Source: Octopus bimaculoides
Lineage: Eukaryota
NCBI RefSeq assembly: GCF_001194135.2
Contig: NC_068982.1
Span: forward strand, 127,870,965 to 127,934,437
Direction: 5' to 3'
Length of the DNA stretch: 63,473 nt
In this document: positions 49,900-63,113 of the stretch, one piece after another
Position numbering within the stretch: the first letter of the stretch is position 1
How the letters are laid out: each line of letters starts with the position of its first letter
Notes under the pieces: model-generated
Told to the model about the DNA's origin: nothing
Databases searched by the model: none
Seen by the model: only the letters and a program-made list of their open reading frames with translations
Program-made: the position numbers and the translations under genes

Positions 49900-50520
49900 A
49901 TACTTAAGTGTGTAATTATGTCCGGGGCAGATAATTTAGCAATGGAACTGTATCTCTAATTTTGGGTTGTGTGTCCATTGTTATTGGTATACACAATTAT
50001 ACTGGAAATGTTTTCAGGTTCTGTATTAAATCTCACACTTTATACCTTTATCATCAACTACAGCAACCAAGGAATTTTTTTCCTCTTCAGTGCTAGCAAG
50101 AATTGAAATGATATTCAGCTTCGCTATCCTAACTGTATCCTGCATCATCTCTCATGGCCTAATATCATAAATTCATCCCAAATATTACTTGGCTTGCTTC
50201 TGCTCTTGCTCACTGCTATCCTTGATTACCTTCTAGCTATACTTTTTCACTGATGCATTATCCATTATGCATTAGATGTCTTCACCAGCCAAGTTATCAA
50301 CCGATATTTCCAATCATAATCACTTTCTCTATTTACCAGCACTCCATCTAATTCTGCCAAGTTCAATTTGCACATGGAATAAATAAAACTTTGTTCATTT
50401 TGCTCTACTCGCTGCAAGTTTTCTGCCTTAAAATTTCCATGTTTCATTACTAGACGGTATCACACATCTGATACCCGCATCTTACTGATTATTGCTTTCA
50501 ATGAAGGATGAATCCCTTCA
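49900..50520 (-). mobile_element. Possible decayed LINE N-terminal (endonuclease-like) fragment
   Basis: Complex, CpG-poor, stop-riddled minus-strand frame loosely resembling an RTE APE region. No motif is securely matched. Confidence 0.25.
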
Positions 50521-50957
50521 AACTAGCAACAGTAATAGTTTTCTCTGTTTTTCCCTCTCACTTACTTTAACATTATTTATTGATTATGATCTTTGATCTC
50601 TCGGTAATAAAACTTGGAATAAGTTTCACTGCTTCTAAAAGCTATATCTGAGAGATTGTTTACAGAAAATTCCCACAAACATTTTTTGGGAGTTTTAAAG
50701 AAATGTATGTAATGAATTCATACCAATTATATTCTTATAAAAAAAAAGAAACTGATTCATTTCCCTAGTGGAGGAGCATAAACTGTTAAATAAATGTTTG
50801 ACAGTGTTTAGTTATAGCCTGCAATGTTTTGAATTCAAATTCTGCTGGATTGCCTCTGCATTTCATCTATCCAGTATCAGCACACAAATACTTGTTGACC
50901 TTTCGATCATCTATAATGAAGCAAGCCTATGATACATAGGTAGTTGCCTAAATTACT

Positions 50958-51360
50958 CTTTACTCTTTTACTTGTTTCAGTCATTTTGACAGTGGCTATG
51001 CTGGAGCACCGCCTTTAGTCGAGCAAATCAACCCCAGGACTTATTCTTTGTAAGCCTAGTACTTATTCTATCAGTATCTTTTGGCGAACCGCTAAGTTAC
51101 AGGTACGTAAACACACCAGCATCGGTTGTCAAGCAATGTTGGTGAGCACAAACACAGACACATAAACATATACACACACACATATATACATATATACGAC
51201 GGGCTTCTTTCAGTTTCTGTCTACCAAATCCACTCACAAGGCTTTGGTGGGCCCGAGGCTATAGTAGAAGACACTTGCCCAAGGTGCCCCGCAATGGGAC
51301 TGAACCTGGAACCATGTGGTTTGTAAGCAAGCTACTTACCACACAGCCACTCCTACGCCT
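50958..51360 (-). mobile_element. SINE family A, full length, young
   Basis: Complete, with many CpGs retained. Confidence 0.95.
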
Positions 51361-51593
51361 AAAATTGCACGTTTTAATATTCAATGGTTAATTATATCGA
51401 ATGCAGTATTATAGTTATGAACTTGTATTCTCTCCACTGTTTAGTTTACTTCTACCACACCATAGGCAGGCATGATGAACTTGGTTGGAGTGTAACAGTG
51501 GCTGTTACTCTGTATTCTTAATTGTTGTATTCATCCCAATATAGTAATATTGCTGTGTGTTCATTTTATTTGCCTAGATTGAGTGGGACAGAT

Positions 51594-51885
51594 TCATCAT
51601 CATCATTGTTTAACGCCTGCCTTCTATGCTAGCATGGGTTGGACGATTTTACCGAGGACTGGCGAACCAGATGACTACACCAGGCTCCAATCTGATTTGG
51701 CAGAGTTTCTACAGCTGGATGCCCTTCCTAATGCCAACCACTCTGAGAGCGTAGCGGGTGCTTTTATGTGCCACCGGCATGAAGGCTAGCCATGGGGCAA
51801 CGTTCACACTCAAAATGGTGTAATTTACGTGCCACCTGCACAGCAGCCAGTCCAGCAGCACTGGCAACAACCTCGCTCGAATGTC
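51594..51885 (-). mobile_element. SINE family B
   Basis: (CAT)n tail, ctggatgcccttcctaatgccaaccac core and diverged tandem units. Confidence 0.92.
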
Positions 51886-52239
51886 TTAGAATTGTGTTGT
51901 AGCAGTGTTCTGGGATGTGGTAGATGTGTGGTTTTTGTTTGAGGGTGATCATGCATGTAGTAGGACATCAATTGCATTTGATATTGCCTAGTGTTTCTAC
52001 TAAGAAAATAAATGGAGGATATGGTGGGTGTTACTTAAAATTTATTGTTTTGAAGCTAGGTATCCTGGAAATTGACGTATGGTTGGAGTAGTCTTGAGAA
52101 AGGAGCGAGATTGTGAATGACATGTCACCTGGATGAGATAAGCATCAATAATACTGTGGATTTAATCCAATTGATTATACATTTCTTTCCATAAAGTTGT
52201 GATCTTGTGCCAGTATGACCAATCACTATTTTAGTATTT

Positions 52240-52605
52240 TTTTATCTTTTGCTTGATCCAATCAAGCTGCAACCATGTTGGGGCATCACCTTGAAGTTTT
52301 AGTTGGATAAACCAACTCCGGTACTTTTGTTTTTTAAAGCATGATACTTATTCTATTAGTCTTTTTTTGCTGAACCTCTAAGTTTTGGGGGTATAAACAC
52401 ACCCACACCAGTTGTCAAGTAGTGGTGGGAGACAAACGCAAATACAAAGACACATACATATATGATGAGCTTCTTTCAGTTTCCACTCACAGAGTACTTT
52501 GATTGGTCTAAGGCTACAGTAGAAGACACTTGCCCAATGTGCCATGCAGTGGGACTGAACTTGATCCCATGTGGTTGAGAAGCAAACTTCTTACCACACA
52601 GCGAC
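52240..52605 (-). mobile_element. SINE family A, near full length
   Basis: Tail, spacer and head are recognisable. Confidence 0.88.
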
Positions 52606-53723
52606 TAGTTATTTTTTAATTTTTTGCTTGTTAATGTATAGCTTCATATTATTTTTCATAATCTCTTCCAGTTATACATATAATCAGAAAAAATTTGCAT
52701 CATAGACATCCTCAAGAACCTTGGGGCAAAACCAGTTACAGATTATATAACTTATTGAATATATTATTTTATCATAAACACCTGACTCCATTAGCTTTTG
52801 CTCATAACTTTACTCTTGATATTTTCATCACTGATTTAAGAAACTAAATAATTTATCTGATTCTTATGCATGTCATATAAGTTGTCAGTTAGGAAGACAA
52901 AATATAGCTATTACTTATTCATAGTTAATTATTTTTAACATATTCTATGCAATGAATATGATATTCCAAATCATGGCATAGAACTATGTAGTCAATCCAA
53001 GAAAGATATATTAATCTAGTTTCTCATGTATAAAATGTTCATGGTAACTTGGAGGTTCACTGCATACTTGATAAGGATTATAGATTAGATAATATACATA
53101 AAGAAAATATATCTTTATAGAATCAGCTTTGCCAGTGCTATTGACTTTAAGAATTGTGGCTTAGTGACAAAGCATTTCCCAGGAATATTCAAATGGAGAT
53201 GTGGCTTCAGTGAAATTGGTTATATTGATTTATAATTTATATTGCCAGAGGGTCTGAAACAAGAAACACATCTCAAGTTCTATTATTTTTAGATAGCTGA
53301 TATTTAGATAAAGCTATCGGTTGCTATGATATATCTTTAACTAATGAAGATAAGCAGGTCTGAATTTCAAATCTTTTAAAAGAAAATATCAAATAAGATT
53401 GGAATGAATATTTGCTGTTGAGTCTCATTATAAAAAAATAATAATAAAATAAAAGGTGTGTAGTTATTTTAGTTAAGTCCATTGTCTCATTTCTATTCAT
53501 TTATCATAGATATTAACTGAATATATAAATATGACTTACATCTACACATGTGGCTTATTTGTTTTCTGTGGACATATAGAACTGAGACATAAGAGGTTTC
53601 GGGTAATTAGTTTGATTATATCATTTCAGTGGAAATCTTTATCTTCTGAATACTTAAAATGATTTTTAAAGACATTGATTTCTGTAATATATATATATAT
53701 ATATATATATATCTATATATCTA

Positions 53724-53755
<32 letters not shown>

Positions 53756-55199
53756 NNNNNNNNNNNNNNNNNNNNNNNNNNNNNNNNNNNNNNNNNNNNN
53801 NNNNNNNNNNNNNNNNNNNNNNNNNNNNNNNNNNNNNNNNNNNNNNNNNNNNNNNNNNNNNNNNNNNNNNNNNNNNNNNNNNNNNNNNNNNNNNNNNNNN
53901 NNNNNNNNNNNNNNNNNNNNNNNNNNNNNNNNNNNNNNNNNNNNNNNNNNNNNNNNNNNNNNNNNNNNNNNNNNNNNNNNNNNNNNNNNNNNNNNNNNNN
54001 NNNNNNNNNNNNNNNNNNNNNNNNNNNNNNNNNNNNNNNNNNNNNNNNNNNNNNNNNNNNNNNNNNNNNNNNNNNNNNNNNNNNNNNNNNNNNNNNNNNN
54101 NNNNNNNNNNNNNNNNNNNNNNNNNNNNNNNNNNNNNNNNNNNNNNNNNNNNNNNNNNNNNNNNNNNNNNNNNNNNNNNNNNNNNNNNNNNNNNNNNNNN
54201 NNNNNNNNNNNNNNNNNNNNNNNNNNNNNNNNNNNNNNNNNNNNNNNNNNNNNNNNNNNNNNNNNNNNNNNNNNNNNNNNNNNNNNNNNNNNNNNNNNNN
54301 NNNNNNNNNNNNNNNNNNNNNNNNNNNNNNNNNNNNNNNNNNNNNNNNNNNNNNNNNNNNNNNNNNNNNNNNNNNNNNNNNNNNNNNNNNNNNNNNNNNN
54401 NNNNNNNNNNNNNNNNNNNNNNNNNNNNNNNNNNNNNNNNNNNNNNNNNNNNNNNNNNNNNNNNNNNNNNNNNNNNNNNNNNNNNNNNNNNNNNNNNNNN
54501 NNNNNNNNNNNNNNNNNNNNNNNNNNNNNNNNNNNNNNNNNNNNNNNNNNNNNNNNNNNNNNNNNNNNNNNNNNNNAAATTTCATGAAAAAATATTCATT
54601 TTAATGAAAGTTATGACCTTCCAAAGTTGGTGGGTACAACTCTGTAGTTATGCCATCAATGTTTTGTAAATATACCACGATGTGAATGATTGTGTTCACT
54701 TGCACGTGTATATGTTTGAGAGAGGAAGAGGGGGAGAAATAAATAGAGATTGAGAGCAATGTGTATGTTGTTGTCACAGGTTATGTATGTGTGGTTGTGT
54801 GTGTTTTTACGTATCTATGTTATGAAAAATAGGTAAAGAATACTGAGATGAAAGTTTAATCTATGACGTTGTATGTATCACTTTCTCTCTCTCTCCCTCT
54901 CCTTCTTTTACTCTTACTCTCTATATTTTTATGTTGAGCGCGTGTGTAAGAATGGCATTCCAGGTAGAAGGGATGAAATATAAAAGTTGCTAGAAACAAC
55001 AGCCAAATCTCCCTTAAATTACACAAAGTAAATGGAATTTTAAAAATCTAATTACTGCACTGGAAAGTTCACATCGAGAAAATTCCATTGATGTAAAGAT
55101 TTTTACGAAAAAGTGGAAAATGTGGATTTCTATAAACTTTTAAAAAGGCTTCACACAAACACACAATTTCAGCTTTATATATTAAGATATATATATTTT

Positions 55200-55580
55200 A
55201 TCTTTTACTGGTTTCAGTCAATAGACTGTGGCCATGCTGGAGCACTGCTTTGAAGAATTTTAGTTCAATGAATTGACCTTCACCCCACCAGTACTTTTCT
55301 TAAAGCCTGGTACTTATTCTATCATTCTCTTTTGCTGAACCGCTAAGTTACAGACACGTAAACGCACCAACACGGGTGATGGTGGGGGGTTAACACAAAC
55401 AAACAAGAATACTCTTACACATATACCAGTGTGCTTAAGAAGTTTGCTTCTAAACTACGTGGCTTTGCGCTTATTTCTCCTACACAGACACTGTCAGCTG
55501 TTGTCTTCTACTATAGCCTTAATTTAACCAATGTCTTGTGTGTGTAATTTAGTAGACAGAAACTGTAAGAAATCTGTCAT
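55200..55580. mobile_element. SINE A tail (-) followed by SINE A head (+)
   Basis: Family motifs at 55200-55420 and 55425-55580. Confidence 0.78.
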
Positions 55581-55949
55581 GTATGTATCTCTCTCTTTGT
55601 ATAAGTGTAGGTGTTTTGCATGTGCATATTTTTTATTCCTTGTCTTAACATGTGTGTGCTAATAGCAAACAAAAAGTTACCATCATACAAATGGTGTCAT
55701 TTATTTACAATCCTCTGTGAAAGCATTTCCAAATAATTGAGCTGGCCATTGCTTGAAGGATCAGGGTAAATATTACCATTACTTGGAAACAGGTGAGGGC
55801 TAACTATGGGAAGAGAATCTAGCTGTAGGAAAATCTGCCTCATCAAAGTTCATCTCATCTCTGCAATCATGAAAAAGGGATGTTAAAATGATGATGATGA
55901 TGATGATTTCAAAACAGTTTTGATTAGCGAAATGTTGATTCTTTTTTAT

Positions 55950-56130
55950 TCTTTTCTTTTATTTGTTTCAGTCATTTGACTGCGGCCATGCTAGAGCACC
56001 GCCTTTAGTCAAGCAAGTCGATCCCAAGACTTATTTTTTGTAAGCCTACTACTTATTCTATCAGTCCCTCTTGCCGAACTGCTAAGTGATGGGGACATAA
56101 ACACACCAGCATCGGTTGTCAAGCGATGTT

Positions 56131-56169
<39 letters not shown>

Positions 56170-56330
56170 CAACAGGCTTCTTTCAGTTTCCGTCTACCAA
56201 ATCCACTCACAAGGCTTTGGTCGGCCCGAGGCTATAGTAGAAGACACTTGCCCAAGGTGCCACACAGTGGGACTAAACCCGGAATCATGCGGTTGGTAAG
56301 CGAGCTACTTACCACACAGCCACTCCTGTG
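55950..56330 (-). mobile_element. SINE family A, full length, young
   Basis: Complete, with a (CA)n spacer. Confidence 0.95.
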
Positions 56331-56654
56331 CCTATATATAAGAGTTTACTAGTGAGTGTGTGTGTGTGATTATATAATAAAATATTCTAAATATGCAATA
56401 ATTTTTCTAAATATTATCCTGACTAGACATGTTCATTAATTAATACAAGAATCAGTAACTTATTTTTGTATTAGCCATTTTTGACTTTTTCTACATTTTC
56501 TCATGTTTCCATGTATATCATATCTTGCATTTAAAGATATCTCTGTATATTACTCTCTCCCCACATTCCCATCACTTTCAGTTCTTGTATAAGCAAAAAT
56601 TGAACAAAATATGACAATAAAAGATTAACTAAAAACAGTTAACTGCTCTGTGGC

Positions 56655-57050
56655 TGAGGCTACAGAGCAGTGTAGCTAAGAATCACATGGTTTCAAGTTC
56701 TGTTCCACTGCACGACAACTTGGTCAAATGTCTTTTACTGTAGCCATGGGCCAACCAATGTCTTGTGAGTGAATTTGGTAGATGGAGACTGTGTGGAAGC
56801 CCATTGTATATATGTGTGTGTGTGAGAGAGAAAGTGAGTGAGTGCTTGTTTTTGATCCCCATCATTGCATGAAACCAGTGTTGGTTTGTTTATATCCATG
56901 CAATTTGGTAGTTTGGTGAAAGAGACTAATAGTATAAGTACCAGACTGGTACTTATAATAGTATAAGTACCAGTAATGGAAGTGATTTGTTTGACTAAAC
57001 TCTTGAAGATGGTGACCCAGCCTGGCCAGTGTCCAATGACTGAAGCAAGG
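56655..57050 (+). mobile_element. SINE family A, diverged, with a small internal inverted triplication
   Basis: Head, spacer and tail present; rearrangement at 56927-56973. Confidence 0.85.
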
Positions 57051-58430
57051 CTCACAGAGAACAGCTGAGTAACATATTTGTAGGTCATAGCTCACTTGTT
57101 GCTGACCTTTGAAACTTCCTGTTCTGTCTCCCATAACCTTTAGAACTTTGCTATTAAAATTAATATGTAATAAATAGGTTATATTTCTACAATACACAAA
57201 ATATTTTGACTTTTTTTTTTATATAATTCCTAATACTATTTAAGTATAAAAATATTAAAAAATATTTTTTGTACACAGTAAATGGTTATGGGAGTCCAGT
57301 AGAGTAAAGTAGGGATCAAAGAGGCCCATGGGTAATAAATGGTTGAGAACCACTGCTTTAGAACATATATTTATAAACTTCAGTGTAATTTTATAACTAC
57401 TCTTATCTATCCATTTCACATGCTCCTAAATTGACAGCTGAATCTTAAAATATATTCAAGCTTTCTTTTAAATCCAAATTCAATCTTTATTCTGGTTTTG
57501 CAATAATTATTTAATGTATATACACTGTTGATAGGCAAGTTACTACAGTATATATCCAGAGATAACATCTCTTATGGATATACTGTATTAAAAAAAATAA
57601 TGCACTGTAGGGACTGCAGTATTTAGCCTATCAGTGATATATATACATTAATTATGATATACAGATGGCTATTGAAATTTTAATACTGCCTCAATTGTGT
57701 TTAGCAGATTTTTCTTCAGCTGACTGGCTGTTCACAACACCAGTGAATGTTTTATTTACTGTTTACTTTATATGAAGTAACAAGTTCTCAACTAAGCATG
57801 TGGCTGGTTGTGAGTACATGTCATTGAAAAGGCCCCAAAAGGTCAAAATGCATCTCAGCTTTTCTCTGATTGCTGCTGCAATGATTTTCATTTCCCTTCA
57901 ATATTTATTGCAATTTTAACATATCATGTCCATAAGAGATGTCATCTGAGAACAAATACCACAGTAACTAGCCTGTGTATACATTGAATATGATACATAG
58001 ACAGCTTAATCTATTTTGATTAAATTTATATGAACACTTTTCGTTTGACCTTTACCATTTTCTTAGATTTGTGAACTTTGATGACAGATATATAAATCTG
58101 GATGAATATGTTTCACCAATCTGTTGAATATTACTGTGGAAACAATGTTTGTCCTTTAGTCTATAACCTGTCAATATATACACATTTGTTTTAGAAGCAG
58201 TGAGAGATAAGGTTAAGGATTCGTGGCATGTCTGTTTGAGGAAGTAAACCTTCGTTTCATTAGCCTTAAGATCAATAATGATGAATCAAATCACTCAAAT
58301 ATATGTCTCTTAACTGAAATAAATATATTTAATTCGTTTAACATGTATTCTTCCCCATTTTTTATAAACAGCAATATTATTTACTGAGGTAATATTACTG
58401 TAGAGCAAGAACAGTGTATGATTATAGCAC

Positions 58431-58550
58431 CTATCTATCTATCTATCTATCTATCTACGTATCTATCTATCTATCTATCTATCTATCTACGTATCTATCT
58501 ATCTATCTATCTATCTACCTACGTATCTATCTATCTATCTCTCTATCTAT
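58431..58550. repeat. (TCTA)n tetranucleotide array with periodic interruptions
   Basis: CG interruptions at 58458, 58490 and 58522 (32-bp period). Confidence 0.95.
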
Positions 58551-60941
58551 CTGTCCAGCTATCTACATATATACATTTTACATATGCATGCATGCACACA
58601 CACACACACACACACACATACATTATATATATATATATTATAAATATATACATATTTGTGTGTGAGTGTACCTTTCTTTGATCGTTTCATTTCTCTAGGT
58701 AAGATTGAGAAATCAGCCTACATTAATGAACCTTTTCACCTTCCTTTCTTTAATGCATTCAATGGAATTTGGAACGAATTTCCCCTTTGCTCTTCATGCC
58801 TACCGACCTTGTAGTCATATTTCTAAGCTATAAGTGTTTCCTTCCTGTCACTTACTTTGTTCTCTTTTTATCTGCTATTGCCTACACTGCTTCAGCATCT
58901 CGCTACCTTATTGATCCATTGCAAGTAGAGCAATGCAATACTTGAAAACACAGTTTGGGCCAACATAGTTTCACTTCAAATATGTTAAATGTCACCTATG
59001 TTTTAATATATTATGTAAATTTCTAAATATGCAATGAGAGTTTTCTTTATGTATTATACTCACTAATCATATTTATTAATTAGTGTCACCTTCTTGCCAT
59101 TTCATATTAGATGATGAAGAAAATCTTGCTGCTTCAATAATCTGCATATTCTTTAACTATAAGTTTTCTGCTTTTGCACTAATTATCTTATCTAAATGCC
59201 ACCTTCTGTGTCATTTCTCTACTTCTACACTAGTTGCCTTATATTTTTAAATACCACTTTCTGTGTCATGATAATCTATAGCTTATACTTATATACCTCT
59301 TGTTACCAACTGAACTCTGTTATAACTATTATTTGTGATGAATGAGTTCATGAGTCTGAAATGACAATGGTATAGAAACATGTGTCATGATGTTAATATA
59401 TCATTTGCTTTTTTTTAAATTACACATATATGTAGTCATTACCTTTTTATTTATTTTCATTAAAAGCTTAAACCATTCTTAGTTTGAAATTTATGTGTTA
59501 ATTGTTATTGTCCATTTTCTAAGTTCAATTGATGCTCTCATCAGCTTTATTCTTTAACCTTTTCTAATTCAATTAAATAACTATTACATGTGTATTGCTG
59601 TGGACTTAATTAACTGCATATCATAAATTATGGCATATATCTACGAAAGGAATCATTACAATTAATATTGTTGCTAATATTGATCAATTATGATAAATTG
59701 TTCAGTGATTTTCATTTACTTTTATTAAAGATAACAAAACGCAATCTTACTAGTTGTCTCGTTATTGTAATTATGAGTTTAATACTTCCACATTGAGCAA
59801 GAATCAACTTACAATAATCTGGCTTGCAGTTTTGATTTAGCCTTCAGGACTTCAGTTTTTTTTTCTACATTTTGAAACTTCTACTCGCAGGACTACTTTT
59901 TGCGAATAGCTATATTACGAGGTGGTGTTTAATTGATTTTGTTGTTTAGATAAGACAGTCAATAATGAGTTCATGAAAGGTTGATTGATTGATTCAAAAG
60001 TTGTTTATCTATTTAGCAATTATATAGTATTCATTCTTGCTTGAGAAGAAAAAAAATATTCTCATTGGTAATAGATGTTGACTGCAGATTGCAAATTAAC
60101 CAGTTGTTAATGGTATGGACACCATTTCATTTTCAATCTTTACGTCTAAATAAGTTATTCCAGATGTTTCTAAGAATTTCAAACATCTGAATAGAATGGC
60201 AGCTGTTTTAGGAGTTAACTATTTCAAAGTTCATTTCAAGAAAACCACTTACTATCTTAATATTTGACCTCTAAAAAAATGCATATCAATTCATGATTTC
60301 CAGCCATGTGGTTTTGTGTTTTGTCCTTCTATACAGCATCTTGGGCAAGGGTTTTCTACTATGGCCATGGGCTAACCTAATCCTTCTGAATGGATTTGTG
60401 GTTATTAACAAGCACCACTGTGATACGAGCTGTGTTGTTCATGGAAATACGTGCCTGGCCATAGGAAATATTACCTTACCTGGAAACAAGTGAGGCTATA
60501 GAAAATCTACCTCAATAAATTCCATCCGAACTATGTAAACATGGAAAAGTGGACATTTAATGATGTTAATGATACATTTGCAATCTTCTTGTTTCATTCA
60601 TATTGCTAATGTCCCTAAGAAAAGGCTGAATGTCACAAATCTAAAGGAATGCTCTTGTGTAAAATCTAAAATTTTTATGCAATGAGTAACTGGGAAAACA
60701 AAACTAAAGAAAATAAATGAACCTAAGATGAATAAAATATTTTTTTATCATTTCTGTTTATACTAATGCATATAAATTTTGATGAATTTATTGTTTATTT
60801 ACATTTGACGGATATTTGTCTTCATCTTGTCTGTTGTTAATACATTATTACCTCCACAGAGGTAATAATGTATTTATTAAAGATGAAGCATTAGCTATTT
60901 TAGCTATTCACCTAATCTAGATTCATATAAAAATGTCATTT

Positions 60942-61203
60942 ATCCTTTACTTGTTTCAGTCATTGGACTGCGGCCATGCTAGGGTACTGCCTTGAAGGGT
61001 TTAGTCAAACAAATTGAACTCCAGCACTTCTTTCTAAAGTCTGGTACTTATTCTATCAGTCTCTTTTACCAAACTGCTAAATTGTGAATATGCTAACTGA
61101 TTTTGGTTGTCAAGTGGTGGGGTGATACACACACACACACATACATACATACACAAGCTTATACAACATAAATACACGCACACACACACGCACGCACACA
61201 CAC

Positions 61204-61243
<40 letters not shown>

Positions 61244-61395
61244 CAAGCTTCTACATAGTTTTCTTCTACCAAATCTACTCAAGGCTTTGGTCGGTCTGGA
61301 TCTATAGCTGAAGATACTTGCCCAAGCTGACATACAGTGGGACTGAACCCCATACCACATGGTTGCAAAGTGAACTTCTTAATTACACAGCCATG
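60942..61395 (-). mobile_element. SINE family A, full length, long (CA)n spacer
   Basis: Tail, spacer and head present. Confidence 0.92.
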
Positions 61396-61678
61396 TCTAT
61401 ATTTTAAAAGTATTCTCATCATATTTGAAAACCCTAAATCTAGAAAGAAAATACATTAAGGAAATAAGAAAATACATTAAGAAAGTCAGTTAAAGTAGGT
61501 GGGCAGATGTAAACTGTTGGCTTTCAAAAATCATAAGTTTCCAAATCAAATCAGTCTCTATCAATAATCTTATATTTTCTTGCTGGAAGTATGTGTGTGT
61601 GTTTTTTTTTTAATATTTCCCATTGACATGCTTTCGTATCAAATTGATCTTCTTGTATTATTATGGGCAGTGAAAAGG

Positions 61679-62105
61679 TGGTGAGCTGGCAGAATTGTTA
61701 GCACACTGGATGAAATGAAATACTTAGTGGTGTTTCGCTCATCGCTATGTTCTGAATTCAAATTTCGCTGCGGTCGACTTTGCCTTTCATTCTTTTGGAG
61801 TCGATAAATTAAGTACCAGTTGCATACTGGGGTCGGTCTAATCAACTAGCCCGCTCTCCCCAAATTCCAGGCCTTGTGCCTATAGTAGAAAGGATTATTA
61901 TGGGCAGTGAAAAGGCAGTGTGCCAGCAGAATCATTAGCAGCAGCATTTCTTCCAGCTTCATGTTCTGAGTTCAAATTCCATTGAGGTCAACTTTACTTT
62001 TTGTCCTTTTCGGATCAATAAAATAAGGACCAGTCAAACACTTGGATTGATGTAATCAACTCTCCTTTCCCTCAAAATTGCTGGCCTTGTGCTAAATTTA
62101 GAAAG
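61679..62105 (+). mobile_element. Two tandem SINE family D copies; the first is flanked by a 22-bp direct repeat
   Basis: attattatgggcagtgaaaagg at 61657-61678 and 61894-61915. Confidence 0.92.
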
Positions 62106-62639
62106 GCAATGAAGATTTCTCTTTTTTTTTTAATGTATTTACATTTCCCCAGAAAGCTAAAACGAATTATCACATGATATTATTTAATTTAACTTCCTTT
62201 TTTTACTTCAATATGTTCATTAAGTTTACATGCTAATTAGATAATGGAAATTTAGTGCAAAAACAAAAAAGAAATGAAATAAAAATAACACCTAATACAA
62301 GGTCTAAAGTTAGTTAAGGAGTATGGGTGAGTTAAGGGGTGAGGCCAGCTAAAAACTGACAAGTCTTCCAAAATTAAATCTTTGCACAACATTTTTGTTG
62401 TTGTTATTTTCTTTTTTCCTACCTTCCTTTTCTTTGTTGTGTAAAGTATGTTAATCAACAATTGTCTTGCAATGACAGTAAACATGCTAATTTCTTCATT
62501 GTCACCATTTCATATCAATGTTATTTCAACATTACAAGTCATTTTCTTTTCTGTTGACTTTGGAGAGTAAACTTCCTTCCTTTCTCACAGGTAAAATTGA
62601 ATTCATTTGATGTTTTCCTTTCTTCTTTCTTTTTTTTTT

Positions 62640-63085
62640 TTTGTTACTTGCTTCAGTCATTGGATTGCAGCCATGCTGGAGCACCATCTTGAAAGGTTTT
62701 GTTGAGCAAATTGACTCCAGTACTTATCTTCAAAGTCTGGTACTTATTCTATTGATATCTTTTGCCGAATTGCCTAGTTACAGGGATGTAAATAAACCAA
62801 TGCCAATTGTCTGGTGATGGGCGGAGGGTGATATACACAAAGACCTGTCAAGCCAAGTGAGATCATAGTCATGGCCGATGCCAGTGTTTCATATCTGGCA
62901 CCCATACCAGTGGCACATAAAAAGCACCCACTACACTATTGGAGTGGTTGGCTTTAGGAAGGGTATCCAGCCGTAGAACTCATTCTAAATCAGACTGGAA
63001 GCTGGAGCAGCTTCCCCTCCCAGCTTACCAGTTTTCAGTCAAACCATCTAACCCATGCCAGCATGAAAAACAGACATTAAATGAT
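62640..63085. mobile_element. SINE A tail (-) followed by SINE B (+)
   Basis: A tail 62640-62840; B 62860-63085. Confidence 0.88.
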
Positions 63086-63113
63086 AATGTGTATTTATAT
63101 ATATATATATATC

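Noticed and set aside
59335-59359. C/D-box snoRNA (GTGATGA ... CTGA)
   Set aside because: The boxes are only ~14 nt apart, too short, and there is no terminal stem.
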